Below are positions 57,125 to 64,000 of a stretch of DNA of 64,000 nt, piece by piece. Position 1 is the first letter of the stretch. Every line of letters starts with the position of its first letter. Below the pieces are notes generated by a model. The model did no database searches. It saw only the letters and a list, made by a program, of their open reading frames with translations, and was not told the origin of the DNA. The DNA is taken from NCBI GenBank assembly GCA_965243025.1, contig CBDETY010000003.1:5600001-5664000 (forward strand). The letters run 5' to 3'. The position numbers and the translations under genes are program-made. The stretch comes from Candidatus Latescibacterota bacterium. GTDB taxonomy: Bacteria; Latescibacterota; UBA2968; UBA8231.

Positions 57125-57919
57125 ATGCTTGCAATTGAACCGACCCTGGACGACGACGGCGTCATGGACTTCGTCGCCTCCGGCCTGGTCGTCCTCGAAG
57201 GTGTCATCGGGGAGAGCTTCAACCGCCGCTGCCGCGATCTCGCCCGGGGCAACTGCGACGCCCTGATCGCCTCGGACGACTTCACCCGCGAGGTGCTCCT
57301 GCACCCCCGGGTCGCCGGGGTCGCGCGCTCGCTTCTGGGGGAGGATTTCCTGGTTCCCCGGGGCGGGCACCACCACTACTTCAAGGACCCGCACCTCGGA
57401 CAGACCTGGCATTCGGACGGGCTTTCGGGCAGCGGCTACGACGTCGTCGAGCTGCAGTGCTACTACTACCCCCACAGCGTGGCGCTGGCCGACGGGCCGA
57501 CCATGGTTCTTCCCGGCTCCCATTGCCGCGCCGTCGACCGCGAGGCCATCGCCCACTACGGCGATATCCGCGGCCAGGTATCGCTGACCGTGCCGGCCGG
57601 AACCGTGGCGATGACCCGCTACGGCATCTGGCACAAGGCGGGCCCCAAGACCAACGACCGCGCCCGCAGCATGATCAAGTTTTCCTACCACCGCACGGCC
57701 GCGCCAAAGCGGGACTGGCTCTGCGATACCGCGGAGATTCCCGCCTGCCGCGACCGCCCGCGCCTGCCGTACGTGACCGAAGTCGAGTCCTACCGCGACC
57801 GGGTGCGGCGCATCCGCACCTGGAACTGGCTGTGCGGCATCGACCAGGAGGTCGAGCTGCGCTGGGAAACGTCGAAGCGGGTCTCCGAACTGACAGGGGA
57901 AGGAACTCCAACTCCATAG
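57125..57919 (+). CDS. PhyH family dioxygenase
   Basis: WHSD, GPTMVLPGSH, IWHK. Confidence 0.85.
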   Translation: MLAIEPTLDDDGVMDFVASGLVVLEGVIGESFNRRCRDLARGNCDALIASDDFTREVLLHPRVAGVARSLLGEDFLVPRGGHHHYFKDPHLGQTWHSDGLSGSGYDVVELQCYYYPHSVALADGPTMVLPGSHCRAVDREAIAHYGDIRGQVSLTVPAGTVAMTRYGIWHKAGPKTNDRARSMIKFSYHRTAAPKRDWLCDTAEIPACRDRPRLPYVTEVESYRDRVRRIRTWNWLCGIDQEVELRWETSKRVSELTGEGTPTP

Positions 57920-58159
57920 CTCCCCTCAGGTCGACCGGCGAGCCGCCGATGGTGGGCGGCGCCTCTACGCCGTACCCGGGAAACTCGTCTGACAACATGA
58001 GGGTCGCGCCTTGAAAATCCATTTCCGCGTGACCGATGCGGCCGCCCGCCTCGGACAAACGGGGCTTCTCCGGTGCGCCCAAGGCCCTGGCGTAGAAAAT
58101 CGAGCGCCCCGGCCGCGTTTCAGAACCCGCAGGTAGATGAACATCCCGTGAATCGTCAT
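57920..58159 (-). pseudogene. VOC/glyoxalase (PhnB-like) pseudogene, frameshifted and 3'-truncated
   Basis: MTIHGMFIYLRV then shift to AAGALDFYARALGA...GRIGHAEM...LMLSDEFP...GGSPV; second half missing. Confidence 0.75.
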
Positions 58160-58175
58160 GCCGGCTCCTTTCATT

Positions 58176-58952
58176 TCAGGAGTGTTCGAAAACGGTCTGC
58201 CGCATGCTCCAGGTTACCGGTTGCTGCCCGTCGAGTTGAGATCTGGCATGGAGCGCGCCGGCCAAGGCGGCAAGCTCCGGCGGGCTGGCCGAAGCCTTCA
58301 CCGCGGGGTCCTCGCGGAGGGTTGCGAAGGTCATCCCGAACATGGCGGCGGCGTCCTTCGCGGCCACGGTGTGCTGCGCGATGCGGTTTGAGCGGACTCG
58401 CAGGCCGTTCAGCTCCCTGACCGCGGCCAGCCGCCGGCCGACGTGGAGCTCGCCTCCCCTGCCGGCGATAGCTGCTTCCACCAGGCCCAGGTACTTCACG
58501 AACACCGCGTCGCCGGTGTGGATGGACTCCACCTCGTCCACGAGGATTGTCCCGGTGGGCGTCATGCAGCCTTTCCATGACTCGATGGCCTTGGCGGGAT
58601 CCGGGAGGTGGGAGAGCAGCAGGTGGCAGAAAACAAGGTCTGCGGCCTCGATAGGCGGAGGGCCCTCGGTCAGGTCGTGCCGGACGAACCGCAGCGCCGG
58701 GGCGGAGTCAGCGGCCAGACCCAGGAAGTGCTCCGACCGGTCGACGCCAACAGTCAGGGCGGCCCCCGACAGCCTGCTCAGGAGCCGGGTGGTGCAACCG
58801 GGGCCGCAGCCCAGGTCTACGGCAACGCCGGGGTGAGGGGGCGCGGCATCCCGGATGAACCTCGTCATCTCGGGTTCGAAGAGCCGCGCCGCGACCTTCA
58901 GCCGTTCGGCCGCCTGGTCGGAGTCCCCCAATGCGTACGGCTCCTGTCTCAT
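58176..58952 (-). CDS. Class I SAM-dependent methyltransferase
   Basis: VDLGCGPG motif I. Confidence 0.88.
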   Translation of the reverse strand: MRQEPYALGDSDQAAERLKVAARLFEPEMTRFIRDAAPPHPGVAVDLGCGPGCTTRLLSRLSGAALTVGVDRSEHFLGLAADSAPALRFVRHDLTEGPPPIEAADLVFCHLLLSHLPDPAKAIESWKGCMTPTGTILVDEVESIHTGDAVFVKYLGLVEAAIAGRGGELHVGRRLAAVRELNGLRVRSNRIAQHTVAAKDAAAMFGMTFATLREDPAVKASASPPELAALAGALHARSQLDGQQPVTWSMRQTVFEHS

Positions 58953-58964
58953 GGCGGGGCCGTA

Positions 58965-59294
58965 TTACTTGGGCGGAAGACTCAGCGCGCAGGAAGCGCC
59001 GGTGTCTACCCAATCCTGCAAGGAACCATGGTCTTTGGTGCCCTCGGGTCCGACGACCACCCAGCCGCGCATGGTCCTGCCGGTGAAGTCCATCTCGCGG
59101 ACGTGGGGTCTGTCCAGGGCCGACTCGTACTCGGTCCGGGAGACGCGGACGATCAGGTCGTTCCCGATGACGCCGCACGCCATATTGCCCTGCAGCATGA
59201 ACGCCACGCCCCCGAACATCTTCTTCCGCACGAGGGACGGCTCCTCCCGAAGGATCCCGAGCACACGCTCGGTCAGATGTTCATCATGGGCCAA
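58965..59294 (-). CDS. TfoX/Sxy N-terminal domain protein
   Basis: KKMFGG, GNMACG, MDFTGRTMRGWV, SLPPK. Confidence 0.88.
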   Translation of the reverse strand: MAHDEHLTERVLGILREEPSLVRKKMFGGVAFMLQGNMACGVIGNDLIVRVSRTEYESALDRPHVREMDFTGRTMRGWVVVGPEGTKDHGSLQDWVDTGASCALSLPPK

Positions 59295-59378
59295 GGGCCG
59301 CCCTCCTGATTCCTGTCGTGGGGCAATGGCTTGTCGCCTCTCCGGTCCATGCCTGGACGGAGGGAAAGACTGCTGACG

Positions 59379-60116
59379 CTAGTCCTTCCGTGGTGTGTAC
59401 AACATCAGGGTGCCGATCTGTTCATACCCCACAATCGGGTACAGTCTGGCCCCCGCGTGACTGGCGGTGAGTACTGCCATCCTCGAGCCAGCGGCGCGGT
59501 CGTCTCGCAGCATCCGGGACATCAGGGCACGAGCGATTCCACGGCGGCGGAACTCCGGAACCACGTACATATCCGCGCACCAGGTCCCCTGCTTCACATC
59601 AATGCTGCGAACCCACCCTACCGGTTTGTCGTCGACCAGCGCGACGTACTGACGCAACGGCGAACCTTCCGCAAGATGTTCGGACAGAACCTGGCGGGAC
59701 CTTGCCGCCTTGTTCACCTGTTGTGCCAGATCTTCCGTGGTAACGCGAAGAATCTCTGCGGGTTTCTCGAAGCGCGGAATCCGTTTCAACTCGTGGACCA
59801 TCAAAGGCTCTGTTGCCCCAAGTCTGTAGTTGAGTGCCTTGAAGCCTGCCCGCAGCGGTTGATCGGATTCATCAACACCGTAAACCGCGCATACGGCGAA
59901 TCTGCCCCGGGTGTGTTTGCGGGCAGTCCGGTCAATCATCTCCGGTGCTACACCGTGGGCGAGAAACTGTTCTCTGCGGTAGTTCCCGCGTTTTCGGGGG
60001 GCATCGCCCACGACCCAGATTTTTCCGACTCGCTCTGCCAGATAGGGGTGTGTGAAACTCCGCGTAAAACAGAATCCACGCGCGAACACCTCCATCGCCT
60101 GTTGCAGTATCTCCAT
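59379..60116 (-). CDS. GNAT family N-acetyltransferase
   Basis: VVPEFRRRGIARAL, LYPIVGY. Confidence 0.88.
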   Translation of the reverse strand: MEILQQAMEVFARGFCFTRSFTHPYLAERVGKIWVVGDAPRKRGNYRREQFLAHGVAPEMIDRTARKHTRGRFAVCAVYGVDESDQPLRAGFKALNYRLGATEPLMVHELKRIPRFEKPAEILRVTTEDLAQQVNKAARSRQVLSEHLAEGSPLRQYVALVDDKPVGWVRSIDVKQGTWCADMYVVPEFRRRGIARALMSRMLRDDRAAGSRMAVLTASHAGARLYPIVGYEQIGTLMLYTPRKD

Positions 60117-60165
60117 TGCCTTTTCTTCCGGAATCAGGGCTTTGGGAAAATCCGCTAATGAAGGT

Positions 60166-61230
60166 TCATCCAGATGTTGCAAGGGGATCCACAGCCTTGC
60201 CGCCGTACCTCATAATGTGGTGCCGGGGAGGGTGGTAGAAGCGGCCCACTTCTTCCAGGATTTCGGGTTTGCGCCGGATGCATTCCCGTGCCGGGAGGGT
60301 GAGAACGATGTCCTCGACATCGTGCGGTCCGATGCGCCAGTGGCCGCACACGGCTCCGGTCAACTCTCCGTCGACGAGCAGGCAGGCGAGCACTTCCAGC
60401 CCTTCGAAGCGCTCCTTGAGCTCGGCCGTATGGGGGAGGACCAGAGGGTCTCCCGGGTGAAGCATGAATACCCTCGGGTCGATTCGCGCAGGATCGAGGT
60501 TGCGGTCTTCAACGCAGGTCCATCCTTCTCCCAGGCTTTCCACCTGCACGGGTGAGAGCCCTTCACTTTCCAACCGGGTCAGAACAGTCGCCAGCCCTCG
60601 TTGAGTGAATCCCGACCAGCATTTCACCTCCTGGAAGGTGGCGAACACGTGGCTCCGGAAGAAGCGCCTGATCACGGCAGTTGCCGCTTCCTCCCAGGAC
60701 AGGCGGTCAAGGTCGACCTCCGGAAGGGCGGAGCTCAGCGGAGACCAGGGCCGGTCCCAGCTGGCGTCGCTCTGGTCTTCGAACACCAGGAAGGCCTCCT
60801 GCAGGCGGTGCAGCACCGGCATCAGCTTCTTGTGCTGTATGTCCATCTCGAGGCGCAGCTGGCGCGGGGACAACCCGTCGTGGTAGCCCAGGACCTGGAG
60901 GACCCGATCCTGAATGTCGCTGAGGACCTTAAGGGGCCGGCGGAACGCCGCGGCGTAGAGCTCGAAATCCGCGGCCAGCACATAGCCGATCCTGCCGCCG
61001 GAGAACCGGCCTTTCAGCAGGTCCTGACGGGCGCGCAGTCCGTCCGCCAGGGACCGGTCGTCCCCGAGGCAGCGGTGCATGAGCCGGGGAGGGGAGCCGG
61101 GCATGTCCCGGGCTACGGGAGTCACCGGCTGCAGTCTCCTGACAAGCTCGAGGTATTCCCTCTCGTCGCGGGCAGGGGATACCAGTCCGTGGCGCCTGAG
61201 GCGGTGGGCGAGGACGGATTCCTTTTTCAT
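60166..61230 (-). CDS. Winged-helix, AlkZ-like (HTH_42) DNA glycosylase family protein
   Basis: RLRRHGL start, RRFFRSHVFATFQEVKCWSGF, LLVDGELTGAVCGHW. Confidence 0.65.
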   Translation of the reverse strand: MKKESVLAHRLRRHGLVSPARDEREYLELVRRLQPVTPVARDMPGSPPRLMHRCLGDDRSLADGLRARQDLLKGRFSGGRIGYVLAADFELYAAAFRRPLKVLSDIQDRVLQVLGYHDGLSPRQLRLEMDIQHKKLMPVLHRLQEAFLVFEDQSDASWDRPWSPLSSALPEVDLDRLSWEEAATAVIRRFFRSHVFATFQEVKCWSGFTQRGLATVLTRLESEGLSPVQVESLGEGWTCVEDRNLDPARIDPRVFMLHPGDPLVLPHTAELKERFEGLEVLACLLVDGELTGAVCGHWRIGPHDVEDIVLTLPARECIRRKPEILEEVGRFYHPPRHHIMRYGGKAVDPLATSG

Positions 61231-61775
61231 TGGTCGACCGGAATTTCCAGCGGTTGCCTGCAGGAGCCGCAATTGACGCGGATCTCGGTGAGGACAGTCG
61301 GTATTCGATTCGGAGATCTACAGTGGGGACATACAAAAAGGCGCGGCTGCAGGGGCTGCGGAAGAAGCCGGGCTCGTGACGTCCTTCCTAACCGTACCGG
61401 AAACGCATTCGCGGCAGCGTCCATGGCCTGAACGATTACGGGCAGGGGGGCCAGAAAGAACTCCTTTCCTTGACTGACGCGGTATTCCCCCAAAGCCGCA
61501 TGTGTCAGACCTTCGGCAGCCTCTCGATTCGACACATGGACGAAGTAAACGAGCCGAAAATCCCGGTACACAGAAGTCGAAGCGCTCAGCTCGGATACCC
61601 GGACAAATGGTTGCCGTGCGGATCGACCGATCTTGTAGACAGGATCGACGAAGGAGCTGTTGCTGCATGCATAGATCCAGCCGACGCGCCGGTACTCCCG
61701 CCGCCGCTTGTCGAAGGAGGAAATCGCCGCAAAGCTCGCCGGGATCTGGTCAATTCCTGGGTGAGGGTTCGGCAT
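61227..61775 (-). CDS. T5orf172/GIY-YIG domain protein with C-terminal Zn ribbon
   Basis: GWIY, YKIGRS, RVSELSASTSV, KEFF; CPHC...CGSC. Confidence 0.8.
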   Translation of the reverse strand: MPNPHPGIDQIPASFAAISSFDKRRREYRRVGWIYACSNSSFVDPVYKIGRSARQPFVRVSELSASTSVYRDFRLVYFVHVSNREAAEGLTHAALGEYRVSQGKEFFLAPLPVIVQAMDAAANAFPVRLGRTSRARLLPQPLQPRLFVCPHCRSPNRIPTVLTEIRVNCGSCRQPLEIPVDQ

Positions 61776-61825
61776 TTCAGGCGGCGATGAGTTTCTGGGA
61801 CAATCCCCTCCAGCGGGACCCCTGG

Positions 61826-62656
61826 CTACTCCTTCTCCGCGATGATCCCGAGCATCGGCGGGGCCGACAGGAACGCCCGGGGATCCCGTTCGCGCTCGTG
61901 CCAGTCGGCCTCGAAGGCGCGGCGTTCATCTTCAGTCAGCAGCCCGGATTCCACCAGCCGCGGCACGTAACCGAAGAAGAACCCGGTCGGCCACTCCCAG
62001 AGGGCCGTGCCGGGCCGGGCGAAACGCAAGATCGGTACGAGGTCGACCACACGGAACCCGGCTTCTGCCAACAGCCCGGGAAGCCGCTCGCCGACGTTGA
62101 GGTCCCCTCCGGTGCGCCGCCAGCTCTCGTACACGGCCGCGAGCACGCGGTCGAAGTCGGGGCTCGGCGGATACAGCCTGGTCGCGTGGTAGTTCAGGTA
62201 GTCCCAGACAACGAACCGGCCTCCCGGCCGCAGCCCCTTCGCCACCCTCTCGATGACGGCCGCCGGGTCCGGAAGAAAGCAGAACAGCCAGCGCGCGAAG
62301 GCGCCGTCGAGGGAATCCGGTTCGAGCTGCAATGTCTCAACCCCCTCCACGCGCGCCGTCAGGTGCGCGAGCCCGCGCCGCCCGGTTTCCCCGACCAGCG
62401 TTTCGATGAAGCGCGGGGACTCGTCCACCGCGAGAACCTGTCCGCCGGCGCCGACCCGTTGGGCAAGCTCGAGAGCGGCGAATCCCGGACCGCAGCCGAG
62501 ATCGAGCAGGCGGTCGCCCGGGCCGAAGCCGGCGCGGTCCCAGAGGTCGTGCGTCTCCGGCGACCACAGTCGATGCTGGGTCTCGAGGCGCCGCCCTTCC
62601 TCTGGGTCGGTGCCGAGGAGATAGGGCTTTTCAGGGGAGGGTCCGGGGTCTGTCAC
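61826..62656 (-). CDS. Class I SAM-dependent methyltransferase
   Basis: YLLG N-terminus, LDLGCGPG, LRPGG. Confidence 0.9.
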   Translation of the reverse strand: MTDPGPSPEKPYLLGTDPEEGRRLETQHRLWSPETHDLWDRAGFGPGDRLLDLGCGPGFAALELAQRVGAGGQVLAVDESPRFIETLVGETGRRGLAHLTARVEGVETLQLEPDSLDGAFARWLFCFLPDPAAVIERVAKGLRPGGRFVVWDYLNYHATRLYPPSPDFDRVLAAVYESWRRTGGDLNVGERLPGLLAEAGFRVVDLVPILRFARPGTALWEWPTGFFFGYVPRLVESGLLTEDERRAFEADWHERERDPRAFLSAPPMLGIIAEKE

Positions 62657-62801
62657 TGGCCGGGGTCGGAGTCGTCGGGATAGTTGAACGGCGCGTCCCC
62701 TTCGATGGAGCGGGGGTCCGCTGCTGCGCTGACCCTCACGGCGATCGCCTCACTTCTTCGTCCCGCAGCTCCTGCCCGGCCAACATCGGGCGGGCGGAGG
62801 A

Positions 62802-63377
62802 TCACCTGTCGCGGAAGCCTTTGCCGTCCAGGATTTTCCGGACGTACTTCCCGACTCGTGCGGCGCGGGTCTTGGCCTGTCTGGCGCCTGAGAAGTACAG
62901 GTTGTACTCCCGCCTCCGGCCGGGGGTCAGGGCCTCGAACGCAGCCTTCAACGCCGGGTCCTGGTCCAGGCGGCTCCGGAGCTCGGCGGCCAGGAGGAGC
63001 TCGGGTGGCGGGCCCACCTTCAGGCCCGCTTCCTCGACATCGATGGCCTCGTCGACGTAAGCCTTGACCGTGCCGGCCAGCCGGGCAACGTCATCGACCG
63101 AGGTGAACCGGATACGGCGGGCGGACCGCGAGTTCGGCCCCTGCTCCTCGAGAACCCCTTCGGGATCCTTCAGCAGGGCGCCCTTGAAGAACATGAGGGC
63201 GAGGAACTCCTTCATCTCCTGGAGGATGACGACGTTCCCGCCCTTGTGGCTGTAGCAGGGCTTGCGCCACTTGATCTCCTCGGTCAGTCCGCAGCCGAGC
63301 AGGATCGGCCGCAGGCAGGCCATCTCCTCCGGCCACTGTCCGGACCGTCCGATATAAGCATCAACTTCGGGGTTCAT
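62802..63377 (-). CDS. YdeI/OmpD-associated (DUF1801-like) family protein
   Basis: MNPEVDAY, EIKWRKPCY, FFKGALL, AFEALTPGRRR. Confidence 0.9.
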   Translation of the reverse strand: MNPEVDAYIGRSGQWPEEMACLRPILLGCGLTEEIKWRKPCYSHKGGNVVILQEMKEFLALMFFKGALLKDPEGVLEEQGPNSRSARRIRFTSVDDVARLAGTVKAYVDEAIDVEEAGLKVGPPPELLLAAELRSRLDQDPALKAAFEALTPGRRREYNLYFSGARQAKTRAARVGKYVRKILDGKGFRDR

Positions 63378-63684
63378 GACCACTTTACATCTTCCGTCGG
63401 CATCGGTGAATGCGCCGCCTGTTGCGGTCGCCTGACGGGATTGCGGATTCGGCACTCTTGAATGTACCCGTGCCGTCCTCTACAGTTCAACCGGCCCCTG
63501 TCGGTACGGGGGGCTCTTTCCGGCAACCGTGAATTGGAGCATCAGGGCGGTGGAAAACCTCATCGTCCGGGACTGCACTCATACCATTGCTAAGGAATCC
63601 CGGTAAAGAATCCCGGCAGGGGGCTTCCGCCAGGCGCGGCCGCTCAGGGTGAGCGTAGAGCTTGATCCAGCGGGGACTTCTGAA

Positions 63685-64000
63685 ATGTCGATTCGCCTCA
63701 GGAAGCTGCACCCATTGATCGGGGCCGAAGTCACCGGGGTCGATCTGGCCCGCCCCCTCGACCGGGCTGCCGTGGAAGCCATCCGGAGCGCCTGGAGCCG
63801 GTACGGCGTGCTCCTCTTCCCCGAACAACCGATTACCGATGAGCAGCAGGTGGCCTTCAGCCGCCATTTCGGGACGCTGGAGATCTTTCCCCAGGCGGCG
63901 AACCGGTCCCGGACCGTCCCGGAGATCTTTCGCGTCACCAACGTGGGGGACGACGACCGCATCCTGCCGGTCGATTCCCCGGGCGGCCGCTACAGCACGC
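63685..64000 (+). CDS. TauD/TfdA family dioxygenase (runs off window end)
   Basis: Not in ORF track; MSIRLRKLHPLIGAEVTGVDL...YGVLLFPEQ...QQVAFSRHFG. Confidence 0.88.
   Translation, partial: MSIRLRKLHPLIGAEVTGVDLARPLDRAAVEAIRSAWSRYGVLLFPEQPITDEQQVAFSRHFGTLEIFPQAANRSRTVPEIFRVTNVGDDDRILPVDSPGGRYST

Overview
GC-rich bacterial chromosomal segment (about 70% GC by eye). Several PhyH/TauD dioxygenases, sulfatases, SDRs, enolase-superfamily enzymes, a DUF4159-like protein and secreted proteins ending in a '(T/S)xVExxxWGRIKA' tail suggest a Latescibacterota/Gemmatimonadota/Poribacteria-like, possibly sponge-associated organism (inference only). Housekeeping genes include msrA, hemL, two DEAD-box helicases, lhr, rpsR, arfB, a sigma-70 factor, oligoendopeptidase F and short-type parC/parE. 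No rRNA, tRNA, CRISPR array, transposase or integrase was recognised. Signals the ORF track misses: (1) an AhpD-like selenoprotein (CxxU plus a SECIS hairpin) split at a UGA; (2) tandem secreted paralogs with nucleotide-identical framework blocks, hypervariable loops and a shared C-terminal tail, flanked by a 20-bp direct repeat and preceded by a 3x19-bp palindrome array; (3) three ATGA-coupled TM plus coiled-coil paralogs whose length is set by 21/33-nt repeats; (4) a palindromic element inserted in frame in a PhyH gene; (5) a RelE-XRE toxin-antitoxin mini-island bounded by a 42-bp duplication of the hemL 3' end; (6) two probable AUC start codons (rpsR and a GNAT); (7) a 2-oxoacid dehydrogenase E2 lacking its catalytic motif.
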